Assembly: GCA_043228905.1 (NCBI GenBank) | Contig: JBHGNT010000017.1 | Location: 496,001-560,000 of the forward strand | Length of the DNA stretch: 64,000 nt | From: Azolla caroliniana | Taxonomy: Eukaryota; Plantae; Polypodiophyta | Direction: 5' to 3' | Part shown: positions 37,401 to 51,572 of the stretch, piece by piece | Layout: the number at the start of each line of letters is the position of its first letter | Position numbering within the stretch: position 1 is the first letter of the stretch | Translations under genes and position numbers: made by a program | The notes under the pieces: generated by a model | Seen by the model: only the letters and a program-made list of their open reading frames with translations | Database searches by the model: none | What the model was told of the DNA's origin: nothing

Positions 37401-38701
37401 GGGAGACTATAATTATTTGATAGTAGCCCATTATAGTGAGATGTGACTGCCTCCATGATCTCTGATACATCTTCTGACAGTGAACCATCCTCCTTGATCA
37501 ATTTAGGAATGAAGTTACCAATTGTGCACGGTTTTTTAAACTTAAAAAATTGTTGGTTCACCTTGTCCCCATTCCTACTCCACCAAGTTGCTGAACTCCT
37601 GAATACCATCTTATTTCTTGACACAATCAGCCGCTATAGTGTTTCTTTGGCAGCCTCCAAACCTGATCTTGACCAAAGACACTTGGGATTTTTCTGGAGC
37701 ATTCTTTGGGCAGCCGCTATCGATCTTCTTAGTCTCACCTCTCTTTCCTTAGATCTCTCCAATCTATTTTTAGTCTCTTCATGCAAATACTTTGAAGTTT
37801 CAATAATCTTTCCTTGAAGATTATCCAAAGCACCACAACCAGCTAGATTATTTTCCCATATACTCCTTATCTTACTTCTCACCTCCACATCCTCAAAAAG
37901 CTTATTACTAATCCTTAAGTTGCAGTCCCTTTTGTTTAGCCTCTGAGTGACCAACGTAATCGAAACCGGCATGTGATCAGAGTAAGCTGAACCTGCGATG
38001 ATTTCAACATTGCTGCCATATTTTTCCAGTTCCGAGCTTATGTATATTCTGTCTATGCGAGACATACAATAGCCATTTATATTACAGCCTGCTCTTGAGA
38101 AGCGTAATGAGCTCCGAGGCTTTTTTAGTACATACCAAGCATCTTTCACTCCCATTCTGCCCATCAACAAATCCCATGCAACTAGCTCTGACCCCTGCAC
38201 CGCCGTATGCATGCCCCCCACCTTGTCTTCTGCGTGCATAGTCATGTTAAAATCCCCTGCGAGGATCCATGCATCTGCCATCGGCAATCCATCAGCCAAT
38301 TGCCTCCAAAAAAGGGCCCGCATCACTGTCGAATTGGGCGCGTACACATTTATTATTCCAATGATACGTTGTTGCCATATGATTGTCACATAGATGGCAT
38401 GTCCCTCCACGATGGTACCTTGGCCCACAACAATTATATCTGGATTATTCTTAATAGATGTACAAACACCCCCTTTTCTACCATGCTCACCTTGCGTTGG
38501 GGACCAAATAGTATGCCAATCCCCTGCTAGAGGATTGCCAATACTCGAGATTCTGTTCGCACTCAAATGGTGCTCTTGCAAGAGCAAAATGTCTGGGATC
38601 CCCCTAAAGCTAGGGGATTTGAACTCTTGGCGGAGGTTCTTCCTCTCCAACATACATTTGCTACCGCCTAGACCTTGTATGTTCCACGTGATTAATTTCA
38701 T
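34409..38701 (-). pseudogene. LINE ORF2 (APE endonuclease - RT - zinc finger) with three in-frame stops
   Basis: MKLITWNIQGL, LLQE, AGDFN, RIDRIY, SDH; PGDDG, WRPITLLN, LDFEKAYDRV, RQGCPLAP, YADD; CKSC...HCFWNC. Stops at 37634, 35381 and 34457, all in one frame. Confidence 0.93.
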
Positions 38702-39353
38702 GAGAACAATTGTGAGGTCTCCCAAGCCGGACATAGTCCCTCCCCACGAGCCCATGCCCAACCTCCCGACTTGATCCTCTCCCATCCTAAAACAACATCT
38801 TGCCTTGTAGCTTCAGCCATTTCCTCCTCATGGAAGTGCAACACCTCATCAAGAGGGTCTATCATCTCCTCTAGGCATAGTAAAATCTGTTTTTTAATGC
38901 AAGAATTATGAAAACTCCCACATATCATTCCAGCATTCAGCCACATCAACCTCCAATTATCTCCATTCCAATTGATAGGTAGGCTGCGAAAGTATTTGTG
39001 TGCCTTGACTTCTATAAAGTTGGAGATCTGTGGCATGTTACTAGTTGTAACCTCTAGGTCTGTTAGATCAAAAGAGAAGCCTATAGCCGGCAGCTTGTTT
39101 CGTTCAGCAACAATTACATAAACCCTTAGCCCTAGAGCTTCCCCTTGTGACAAATCCGTCAGTCTTGTGAGAGCTTGCTGACTAAACCTATATCCCTTGT
39201 CCAGCATGTCCCCTTCCAATATTTTTGACCTAACAAATTTGATTGGAACTCTAACATTTGCCTCCTTACTTCTTTCTCCCACTGCTTGCAACTTAATTTC
39301 AGGAGCGTTGGGTGAGCTTTCTTGACATCTCCCATTACGCAGCCAGTCTTTCA
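38698..39353 (-). CDS. LINE upstream ORF (ORF1 C-terminal remnant)
   Basis: 218-codon open frame whose TGA overlaps the ORF2 ATG (ATGA). Its apparent ATG lies on the insertion junction. Confidence 0.6.
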
Positions 39354-42300
39354 TAAGTTAAACCTTAATTTTTTACTAACCTTTTTTAACAAAACAATAA
39401 CCATGTTTTTCCAAAAATAACCACTTTTTTCCAAAAAAAATAGCCTCTTTTTTCCCAAAAGAATAACCTTTTCTTCATACTTAATAGTAAATAGTAAAAA
39501 CATTAACACGATATTTATTTTATGTATTTCATTATCTTTGTGAGGTAGTTATGCTAATTTGTGTATCTTTGTGTTATAGTAATGACATCTATAACAATGT
39601 ACCATTATATAGAACTTTTCATTTTTAAAATTTGTATATCAAATGACATGTTAGTTTTTGCAATCTTATGTCATATGACATACATCTTTAAAAAATGCCC
39701 GTCAAATTTAGGCCATGTGTGTGAGTTAAGGCTCATGGGAGAGGGGTGACCAAGGAAATTATGAAAAACCTAGAGGTATTACGAAGCGTGTTCCTATTTG
39801 AAATTGGTAAGTAGTGCAGGGAACACTTTTCCCATAAAAAGAAATATTTTATGTCCTTGTTTTTTGTCAGTAGAGATTATGGGCTAGCTAGTATGAATGT
39901 CGTGACTAGGATGTTTGCAAATCAATATCTTCTTCAATAATTTAATTCATGCGGTGCATTTCAAAAGCAACAAAAAGTTGTAAAGTTGAAAATTTTGTTC
40001 TAATGGGACAACAACAATAAGAGATTGTGAATTGGATAAAACTTCAACAAGAATAAATCAAGAAACATGCTCACATATGGGGTAGCTCAATTACAATGGG
40101 GGATTTATGGCTCCATGACCTTGTAGCATGCAATTATAGGGTGGTATAAGAGTAAACTAACTTCACAAAAGAGCAATTAATGGCAATTACATAAAATTCT
40201 ATGTAGATTTTACCAAAAGGAGAGGGTTTATGTGTTGACTAAATTATAGTAAAAAAATCTACGTTACGAATGGCATCAAATCATTAGAGGAGATAAGCTC
40301 AAACTAAGCAAGGAAATATGTGCAATCATATGCGTGTTATCGAATACCTTTGTCGTTTTTATGTGAATTATGTTTGATTGAATTGATGTCATCGTCCATA
40401 TGAAATGTAGATCTAGGACATTATTGCTTATTTATCTAATGTATGTCTACATTGTCATAATTATCTACTAATTATAAGACACGCCATCATGATTTGATTG
40501 ATGAATTAAAATATATGAGAGTCAAATAGATTATATGCTAAAAATGACAAAATAAAATTGTCTCGCTATGCCCCACAAGAAAAATAAATGACTAGTAAAA
40601 TAGTCTTTAAATGGGAGAATGCCCAATATGCGTATAATTATAAAGGAGGCATAGAACACTCTTAACTATTGACATTGCCCTTTGGGCAAGCCCAAGTGAT
40701 ATGAAAACTTTTAAGCCGGTAGTGAGTAGTAGTGAATCAAAACTCCAACATACAATGGGAAAAAGACAACAAAGGGATTCCAAGAATGAAAGATACATTG
40801 AAGAGTATGAAAGGAACTAGAAATCCTAGCTCTACCTCAAGGCATTCTCCTATGTGGAGAAGAGGGAAGGTGCGAAAGTTGGGGGTTTTCATACATTGAA
40901 ACATGTATGCTTCTAAACATGTTTTGTTGACATAGTTCCTCACTCATTATCTGCTTAATCCTCATATGTCTCAATTTATTACGTTGATATAATATATATG
41001 TATATATATATATGCCACAAGCCTTGAGAAAGCATATTGCTCATCTAATTTTAATGTTAAGAGTTTAGAATTCCTTAATGATCGCTGACATTGTGACTGC
41101 TACTTTCTTCAAAGTTACATCGTGGTAGTTCTATTGTTAACCTTAAGACATTATGATAATTTTGGAACCTCAATACAACGTAGATGTATATATAAGGATG
41201 CATCATGACGAATGCATCATAAATGATCCACCAAGATTAGAGTCATATGTGGAAATTTTATGGTTGCACATCCACAAAGTACTGCTCATGTATGCATACA
41301 ATATGCATCCATGAAATTGTAAAGTCAATGGCTTCCCGTTGTGCATTAGCATTTAATGTCTTCGAATACTTATCATCTTGATTGTGAATGTGATAACATA
41401 GAGCCCCAAAGCATTTTTACATTTTAATACGATTAAATGTCAAGGATAAATTATATCTATAAGTGGTTGATGTTATTCATTTGATATTAAATTTAGGGCA
41501 CGTGTCAATGAACCCAATCAAGAGATAAAAATGGAAGCAATGAGACAAAAACATATGCAAAGTCAAAAATTGTTCAAATTAATCGGTTGTGTTTTTTATT
41601 TAATAAGGTGTTTAAGCCCTTCCATGACTATTGGTCAAGTATGAGGCAAGGCTTAAGCTATGCAATCTAAAGAGATAGACACAAACACAAACACTTCTTG
41701 AATGTGCAAACAACGCGTAGAATATGATATATCTTACAACAATTGTTTTGTAAAAGTCCATTCAAGCATTAACGTACATACATTGGAGCATGTTGGCATA
41801 TCATGTAACCAATATGACCATGAAAGGCCATAGTGGAGTGGAAGGGACGTGGAAGTGAAGGATGCATGAATAGTAATGGGGAGTGCTTATTTTAAAGACA
41901 TCATATAAAAGTCGGCAAACCTTGCCCTCAAAATATCTTCAAAACATTTAATAATGACAATTTAGTGTCACTTCATTACCAATGCATTGTTTTTCAAAAG
42001 AGATTACACGGTATTGGCATACTTCTCTTTGGCACTTGCATTTTATTTTCCAGTATATTTATCCCTTCAACCTTCAATTATAATGTCATGACTTGTGGGC
42101 TACGAAATTTTGAATACGCAACAATAACGAGATGTCTTGTACAAATCCATACTTGACGGTGTCAACGTGTCTACACGCATCACACAATATCATAATAGTC
42201 TTGATTCTTAAATGATAATGTTGATTAGACAAACATTTTGAGCGTTTGAAATGAATAAAATTAGGGTATCCAACATGACTAAACAGACATACCATCTTAT

Positions 42301-43809
42301 TGATTGAGTTTTCTCAACAATACCCTTCGACAACCTTGATGAAGTTCCTATTTTTGGTTGACCAGTTGTCATCCCCCTCCTGAGACTCAATTTGTAATGC
42401 GAACCAACACCCTTGATTATGGTATATCACATCTAGACCCTAGACAACTCAAACACAAAACACTTTGATTCATTTATGTGCTCAATTTTGGCAAAACATA
42501 CCACTTTCAATTGAACAAATTCTGATATTTTATGGATGGTTGAAGAGTACATATGTGTTTATGATAAAGCCATTCAATTCATTAGATACATAAATTTGAC
42601 GACACATGTGACATGGCTATATAACATCGCAAACATTTGTGGATGACATTCGCCAATCTAATTTGGCAAGTGATGTAATTTCAGATATGTATATATTGAA
42701 GCAATGTAAAAATCAAGTCATCTAGAGAGGGACAAAGCAAGGTCGTTCTAGCTTTTCATAAAATAAGAGACCCTCAATGTTGTTAACTAGTCATTGTTAG
42801 TAATCTATGGGAACATTACATCCCCCACTCCGTCCTTAGCAAATGACAAGGATAAAATTGACATTCAAATGGTCTACACACACACACACACACAAAGAAA
42901 GACAAACCCATTATTTAAATGCTTATGGGGTGACTTGCAACGTATTACTTTTTGTAAATAATAGAAACCGGCATACTGTAATTCTCAATGTACATCTATA
43001 CCATCCCTATCCCTTTTTCTCGCGACATTTTTAATGGGGCTAGTGGGTTTACAAGTCATGATGCTCTTTGCGAATATTTAGGCAATTGGTTAGGTGTGGC
43101 AATCATTGAGCAAACCATACCATATGGGATATTATCATCCTTTAGGTGTGACAACTATGGAGTAAACCATGTTAGATATATTAATCTCATCCTTCCCCAA
43201 TGTATGAACTTAAATGGACCTTAAAGTTACATATTTCAAATTATTCATTAAAAGGTTGCAATTCATATTCATATAGCTTGTTTGACATTGGAGCTTAATT
43301 GGGCCATTTCAACATGTGTATCGGTAAAAATGAGGAAACTCACATTGGACCTAGTGGCATATACACCTTCACCTTGAAAGGAAATAGAGGTTTCTCTACA
43401 ATCCCATAATTAAACCCAGGAGCTTAACCAATGTTTTTTCTGTATGATATGACATGTATATTGATTATATCCTACTAGTACCACTATAAAATAAGTGGAA
43501 TTCTTGGATAACAAAGTATAGATGGTCCATGGAGTATGTGCCAAAAAAATGAACAATTCGTAGAAGATTGTATTCGAATTGATCCATATTGTGAAAGAGT
43601 AAGGTTAACTTCAAAGTTTTGATAACCTGTGCACCACTATGTACATGTAATCCAAAGAGCTGAGGCATGCCTGTGATTCAAACAAAGCTCTCAGAGTTTA
43701 TGTATTTGTTCTCTCTCCTGCCATGCTTAGTGACGAGTACCTTTAAAGCTCTACAAACAGGATCTCGCCGTAAGTGTGTTTTTAGGGATTGGGCTCTATT
43801 GTATTATAT

Positions 43810-44678
43810 CCTCTGATACCAATGATCGGTCAAGAAATATTGGAACGAGCACCGATAACTTTCTTTGTATTAATTTCCTTGCACAAGAGCAGCAATTTGC
43901 CTTCCTGGATGTGAAATTCAATCATTGCCGAGCCCATAATCTTAGGAGGCGTTTTTCTTTGTTTATATTGTGATCGTAATTCTTCGTTTATATTGAGATT
44001 GTTTTGCTAAATTGATGATTCAATTGATGTTCTACTGCGGTCGGGAAGTTCTGAAAGTCTACTTATGTGGACATTACATACTTGAGCCAATTCTTGCCTA
44101 CAAATTTTCCACCATCAAAATAAGATTGATGACATTACATGCTCGAGCCGATTCTCGTCCACAAATATTCCGCCATGACCTTGGTTTGGTGAAGCTTGAA
44201 TGGATTTTGATGCGAGATGTGGATGTTATGTCTGCGAGAAGTTTTTGCAAATTGACTTGCTACCACACTAGAGATATCAAGAGTCGGAACCTTTACTCGC
44301 ATAATGCATTAGACTTGCTTCGAGCCATGGACCTATCCATAAAGACCCTTTTTTCCCCACCAACACTATGGACTCTAGATTGCAACACCTTCCTGCAAAC
44401 AATTTTGAGCATCCAGAAGTTTGTTTACAGTCATCTCAACACAAACCACATGAACGTGTTTTCAACTTTGATCCTGTAGGTCATGTTGGGACCCTGCAGG
44501 ATGATTAATGGAACTTCTCAAGCTTGTCATTTGGATTTTGTTGCCCCCTCCCCCATGGCCATACAAATTAATGGGAGAGGAGGTATGCCCCTCTCTGGTT
44601 AAATAAGATCCAGTGTACAGTGATTATGAGAAACTCAACTCACACACACTTGTTGATTATTTTGAGTACTCTCCATCA
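43810..44678 (-). mobile_element. Probable LTR plus PBS remnant of another LTR retrotransposon
   Basis: TGGTATCAGAG (iMet PBS) on - at 43811-43821, next to TGAT at 43823. Candidate other end ATCA at 44678. No second LTR or clear gag seen. Confidence 0.45.
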
Positions 44679-44923
44679 AATCTAAACAAACATAGAGACC
44701 AATATAATGTATGCATTTATATGTAGTAGCCGCCGCCCGACGAAACAGAGGGCGGAGAAAGACACACACCTCACTGGTATATAATCCCCTATCCAACCCG
44801 GAGAGGGCTTAAAAAGTATATAATCCTCGTAGATGGTAAAAAGCATAAAAACAAGAAAAACTGGTTGCAGCAAATGGATGATGAAGGTCTCAGACCTTAA
44901 GGCAGCTTGGGCCCCTTGGATGG

Positions 44924-45546
44924 TTATAAGTTGAGAACTATGGTGCAGGGATTGGTGAAACTAGAAGAGGAAGAAGATGACTGTGGTGGATGGACCAGGA
45001 CATGCTTGTCATGGCCATCGGCAACGGAAATCCAGCATCGGCTGGCAACATCGTAGGCCTCGAAGGCATCTGGCCCATTGTTGGCCATGAAGACGTAGAA
45101 GAATCGTCCATGAGCGAAATGGCCCTTACAGGCACCGGAGACACGCGTCATGGGCGGTATGTTCTCCCATCGATCGAGCTGCGCATCATAGACCTCTGCC
45201 GAGTGCAGAGGCATGCCAGAGGAGTCGTAGCCACCGGCAACAATGACCATGGCTGAATTACAAGCCTCTCTACTTTTAGGGGGGTATGTGAAGGATGCCA
45301 CGGCGAATGCATATCTAGGGGAGAGCATGGGCTTGGTCTGGTACCAGAGGCGGGTAACGGGGTCGTAAGCATCCACGCGGTTGAAGACGAGCCAGTCATC
45401 GGGGGAGACGGACATGAGCGGTGTCCGGCCCCCTAGAATATAGAGGCGCCGGCCATCGGCGCCTGCGGCTGCAGCGTACTGCAGACGTGGGGGGCCTTTA
45501 AGCACCGCGATCCGATGGGGTGGGGGCAGTGGAGGATCCATGCCAA

Positions 45547-45578
<32 letters not shown>

Positions 45579-45943
45579 GTCCATGGTGATGGTGATGGTG
45601 ATGGTGATGGTGATGGTGGAGAGTGCCTAATCCCTGAAGAATCATCATCATCATTATCATTATCGGAGGTTCCTCTGAGCGGTGCAAGGCTGCGAGGAGG
45701 GATTTCGACTGCAGAGATTTGGATGCCGTCGTAGGAGCCTACATGGTTGTAGTTGCTATGGACTGCGAAGGCCCAGGGCTGCGTGAGGCCCATGGAGGAT
45801 CGGAGGTAGAACATGAGAGAAGGGTCTGAGAGGGCGAGGTTCCATCGATGGCAGACGGTCTTCAGCCTGGCCATGGATCTGAGACTGAGGCGGGCGAGGC
45901 AGGCCTGAAGAAGGTCATCAGGGAGATCATCGATGCTCCTCAT
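44924..45943 (-). CDS. F-box/kelch-repeat protein, intronless
   Basis: F-box IDDLPDDLLQACLARL...LKTVCHRWN. Kelch repeats LYILGG...VDAYDPVTRLW...PMLSPR and VIVAGG...SAEVYDAQLDRWENIPPM, plus a partial third repeat. Confidence 0.92.
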
Positions 45944-46243
45944 GTTCAAAGGAAAGGCAAGGAAATATCTCTCTGTCTCAACTTACTATGTACTTACTAC
46001 TACTACTACTACTTTCACTTAACTTTTGCAATTGCCTTGCCTTGCCTTGCCTTGCCATTGGCTCGGTCACAAGATCAAATCCAAGCAACCCCCCTCCCCT
46101 TACACACGTATTATGTATTATGTATTATGTATTATGTATAGGCCCTCCCTCTATATTAACACTATTCTCATTCTCTTGGTTTTCTCATTTCGAGCGTTAC
46201 GACAAACGAAGATGTGTGCGCTCGCTTTGTGTACACATGTCCA

Positions 46244-46285
<42 letters not shown>

Positions 46286-46831
46286 TTGCAAGAAACAATA
46301 GGGCTTATCACTAAGGAGTAGCCTTGATACTAGAGAGACACTGCTTTCGGTTGTTATGGCACTATTGTAGTCTGTAACATACATCGATGCACGGTGAGGT
46401 GGCATTACAACAATATACAACGATGAAATGAGGAGGTGGTACTGTAACGTAGGTTGAAAGGAGACTTTTGGCAAAGCCAAGACAAAAGGCCCACCTTTTG
46501 CATTGTAGCACACGATGGAATAAACTCTCTCTCTCTCTCTCGGTAAAAACCCACAGTATATATTAATAAATGTGTGTGAAAAACACTACTCTTACAATGG
46601 GTGCCACAATAGAGTATACATGGGTAGTGGAACATGTTGAATTGCCGATAGGCAAGACAAACACTCCACCGAGAAAATAATTTCCACTTGCTCCAATAAA
46701 GAACTTTGCCACATTAGTACTCCCTTCAACTTTCGTAGATATGCTTTGACTCCATGTCTACCATTAAATACAAAAGCATTGCACATATCCCAATTATGAT
46801 GCAATCCCCAATACCTCAGAAATAGGAAAAC

Positions 46832-46882
<51 letters not shown>

Positions 46883-49800
46883 ATATATATATCGTAGGCA
46901 TATTCGCATATTTTGTGTGGCATCATAAACTATGGTAAAAGATGGCACAACATTTTAAACATAAGGATGAAAGATGGCACGATGATAACATATGATGATG
47001 AAAGATGAGATGACATTCATAACTCAAGGTGAAAGAAATGGTTAAGCGAGCCATTTGCAAATGCATCCCTTGTTTTCATTTACCTTTAGTATGAGTGATT
47101 GTACTATCTCCCCCCTTTCTATCTATACATGCAAAATTGAAATCCCATTCTCCACATCGTGGACATTCCATGTCCCACATATAAATAATGATTTGTATAA
47201 AGATTGCATACAAAAGTAATCTCATTGTTTTGTTGATCGATCTAGCACAAGCGCGCACACACACACACACATGTGGTGTGTGTCTCATTTGTCACCAATA
47301 CCTCCGCAATGATCCGTAAGAAAAATATTGCTACCCATGAGAAAAATATTGCTATCCATGTTGAGCATCAACAAGAAAATCAGTGGTTCTCATGTCTTAC
47401 ATCCATATGAGAAAATACACTTTTATTCTATGTTTTGGATCCTTGAGTTAATTTTCAATTTGGCTCAACATTTGATTGTTGGTCGATTCTTTCCTTTACA
47501 CGAGTCAAGACTATATTATTTATTAACTTTCCATCATTCCATCATTTCGTATGAAATATTTGGTCACCAACCATTTTTTGGCATCCCCCTTTCTTCCTAC
47601 TCCAATGACTTCAATGTTCCATTCCATTCATGCAATGATGAGTATTACTAATTGTTTTGTACATACCAAGTTACAAAGTCACATGAATAATGTGTAACTT
47701 GAATAAACTCAAATTGGCTTTCAAGTACCACCATAATCGATGTGGTTGTTTATATACCAATTCTTACATGACACGCATCTTAAATCATTGTCGCTAGGTG
47801 TCTTGAGTCTTGACTGTTAGATAGTTGTAATTCTTAGTACTAGATTTATCCGATGATTTAAAGTCGAGCATTATGTTAAAGTATGATGGGTTAAGTACAC
47901 ATGTTGGTTCAAACAATGGCGTATCATATTTTTAGTGCCAAGAAAACATGGTTATGTGCACAAGTGTGTTGTATTTATAAACATGTTTATCAAGTTACTT
48001 TTGAGATTCGTTGAAACGAAAACACTCACTTTTTTAACATGACGTGAATGGAAAATTGTCGTTGCAACTGTATCATTTCGCAGAAGCCAATATAAAATGG
48101 CATACTTCCTTTTTCTCAATCTTTGTACATTTCATCTATATAAGCAATTGTTTTGTTCATCGGGAGGATAGAAAAAATGCAAAGCAAATTCTTGCCTTTT
48201 CCTCTTCCTTATGTGAATTGGTCATTTGATCCACTTGAAGAAAATGCATGTTTGGTATCCTTTTGCAAATGTTATGTGAAATTCAATCTAAGGTTGAATA
48301 CATGCATTATTGTTTTTCCAAAAAAAACTACTTCCATTAGTTAAGGCAATGTACATAGGATAATATACAACTCATAATTTACAGGCCAACTTGCATGGTG
48401 AAAAGAAAACAAATATGTAAACGAAACAACAAAAGAAACTCCAAAACACCGCATCATCCGATGAGCATAGCATTACTCGACCACATGCCCTCCACGTGAG
48501 CCTCATACAACCCGAATTTAGCATAGACATTCTCCAATATCTTCTCGTGGCAACCCCCATCTATATGTTAGGTACACTCAGAGGGAACAACCACCGTGGT
48601 GGTTGATAATTCCACTTCGCTTTGCCATCCATCATCTAAGGTTGATATATATGTTATAATTTGGTACACGTCCATGTTACTCCATGAAGGAGTTAAAAAA
48701 ATTTGCCTAGGCAGTGCGTGTTTTCCATCGATAAGTAACCCCATAGAGATGGTTGAAAGACATCTTTTGAAATGTAAATAACTTTTATATAAAAAAAGCA
48801 CATATTTAAAATCTAGCTTTGTATTTGTTTTGATGAATATGTTACAGAGATTATACCAATAGCCATGTTCAATCATACAAACGCTAGGATGTAAAATGCA
48901 CACTTCAATTTCCGAGGTAAGCATATTTCTAAGATTGCCACCTTCATTGGCATTTCAATGACATTTTGTATCATTTCAAATGTTGTCCAAGATAAATACA
49001 TGAAACATTAATATAAACCAATGTAGACAATTTTCACAAGCAAAAACAAAATAGCATGTGCTCAAGTGCATCATGTGGGCATTAACTTTATATGACCAAA
49101 CCATTTAAATTTAGTGTGTATTGATACTTTGTAATCTTACATTTGCATTGTTCACGCCTAAAGTCTTGGGTCTATGATGATATCATTACAAAAAGATCTT
49201 AGAGCAATTGGTTCAAATAGCACTACTAAAAAAAAGAACATTCATGTTTTTTAGATATGGATGGGCACGTTTAATCACTTCATTAAACACTAACACTTTT
49301 TTCCTGAACATTTGGCTTTACTTTGACATTCCACATCCCAAGGGTTTAAATTGTAGTTGTCATTTAAAAAGGAAGTTCTCATTTATGTTCTCATAAAAAG
49401 GAAGTTCTCATAAACCGTAATTACAAACATTATTTATTTGTGTTAGAAACAATTGGATGGCATATGTCAAAGATCCCAAAATCAACACAAAGTTTGGCGA
49501 TCTCAATATACTAAGGTTGCCTTGTTAGCTTGGTGAATCCTTGTGAACCCATAACGAAGATTGACATGGCATGGCAAAAGAAGAATAATAGAAAACACTC
49601 ATTAGAATGTTGAATGGCCATTTTAAATCTTGCTCTCACCATGAACTCTGTTGAACTTGTTTACGTTGACTAATTATATTGCACAAGCTATGTGTTTGAA
49701 CTTATCTTTGCAATTGACACAGACCGTCATACAGAAAAAAGGAACATTGTATTCACAAGAAAATAATAACCAACAAATACAAAGGAGAGGAGAAGGTGGT

Positions 49801-51138
49801 TATATAGCCACCTTCACTCTACACTCTTTTACTACTTCTTGGGAAAGAGGTGTAAACTTAACTACCTACTAACTGTGTGTCTTGAAGTTAAGTTTTATGA
49901 CACATTAGTTATGTTACATAGTGGTGGTGGTGTGTCCATAAACTTGTAGTCTTAGGATGTGCTCACGCCATTGGGAATTTGAGTTTGATTCTCAACATAT
50001 TTTTATAGATAACAAGCTATCCAAATTCACATATTACCATATCCAACATAGTATGTTAATGATTATATACACCATATTGCATTACATATATTTATGTTGG
50101 ATGACCATTTTGATCGTGTTTCTAGTGAATTATCTAAACTATGTTCTGATCCCCTTTCCTTCCCATATATTACAATTTCTGTTTTTGAATGGCACAAATA
50201 GGAGGTTCATTTTCAAATCCTAAGTAATTTATCTCTTATAACCTATACGATTCACTCAACAATCTTCTTTTCATTTTCGTTCAAGCGATAAAGGATTTCA
50301 CCTTTTTTGGCTCACTCGATGAATTTTCGGTTTTATTGGGTGGCTTAAATACTTGTACGCATATGCAAAAGTCTAAAATGATTTCATTTTCGGAAAACTC
50401 TAGCCACTCAAGCCAATAAAACTTCAACAAATCAAGGAAATATCATAAAGTACACGTTCATCATTGTTCATCCATTAGTAATAAAGTAGCCATAGCTTAT
50501 GCATTTGCAAAAAGTATAGCTATATTTTAACATTACATTAGAAATGGTACGTTTTGAATTGGGGCAAAATTTCTTAGTTTCATGGCAAAAGGCTTGTCGC
50601 ACCTTACAACTCTCTTTCTTAGCGTTGAGTCTGGGAAGATGGTTTGCCATATTTAGGGAAGTGTGATTTATCAACCTCTATTCACAAAGGTTGGAGAGAG
50701 TGAAAGTTTGACTATGTGAGTTGGCAATTTCTTGAAAGTGGCTCACTTCACAAGTAGGCCTCATCAAAGCAACCATCGTTGATAATAACTTTGTACCTAG
50801 CAAACTTCTACCCAAGATTGCGTTTGTTTGTAATTTTCATTGGGCCAGTTATATTGCATGTAAAGATGCGTGCAATGTGACACAATGCAAGGAAAATAAG
50901 GATTGTTCATCACTCCCCTCCACTCAAACACAAATACACACATGATAGATAAATCAAATCAAATAATTTATTTCAAGACAATGAAAGAAGATAGATTGGA
51001 AGGTAGTTATGAAACCAATTATTACTATAAGCTTTGGGTTAGGGACCAAGGTGTGAAGGAAGAGTGAATGCTTTTGACACGGTTGAAGGTCAAGGGGCAT
51101 GTATAACTTAACAATTATTTGCAACCTTCAATAAGTTT

Positions 51139-51572
51139 GTGTTGAAAGACAAAATCTTCTCTAACCAGAAATCATAAAATCACATAATAGCCAAAAAAAT
51201 CCCTCTAAATTTTACCTTAGCTACCCTCCTATGGTAGGTAATTGTTCCTTACCCTTTGCTTAACTTAGAGTTTTCTTTTCTTATCATAAATGGATAACCA
51301 ATTCCATGTATCTCGTCACCACTTTCAATTGTGGCTAACTACATTACTTTTTGTAAATGTGTTGAAAGACAACATCTTCTCTAACTATGAATCATAAAAT
51401 CACATAATAGCCAAAATTCCCTTTAAATTTTACCTTAGCCACCTTCCTATGGTAGGTCAAGTGTTCCTTCCCCTTTGCTAAACTCAGAGTTTGCTTTTCT
51501 TATCATGAATGGGTAACCACTTCAATGTATATGGTCACCTTTTTCAATTGTGGCTAACTAAAGTACTTTTTG
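51139..51572. repeat. Diverged ~219-bp tandem duplication
   Basis: tgtgttgaaagacaa...aatcataaaatcacataatagccaaaa...ttcaattgtggctaacta...tacttttt occurs twice. Confidence 0.85.

Larger units (their letters stand above)
34196..39353 (-). mobile_element. L1-type LINE, 5'-truncated within ORF1
   Basis: Poly(A) tail is the T-run at 34196-34217. Possible TSD TAAGTT at 34192-34197 and 39354-39359. Contains an ORF1 remnant and a complete-length ORF2. Confidence 0.95.
33793..39717. mobile_element. Non-autonomous hAT-type DNA transposon (~0.77 kb) split by a LINE insertion
   Basis: TIRs CAGGGCAAAAATTTGACGGG and CCCGTCAAATTTAGGCCATG (17/20 match). Perfect 8-bp TSD TGTGTGAG at 33785-33792 and 39718-39725. 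Subterminal TGCCCGTC and TGACAT repeats. Confidence 0.9.

Noticed and set aside
34409-38701. LINE stops repaired by U-to-C editing or read-through
   Set aside because: U-to-C editing is organellar; mutational decay is a simpler explanation.
44012-44479. 155-aa ORF
   Set aside because: No recognisable domain; it lies inside the putative LTR.
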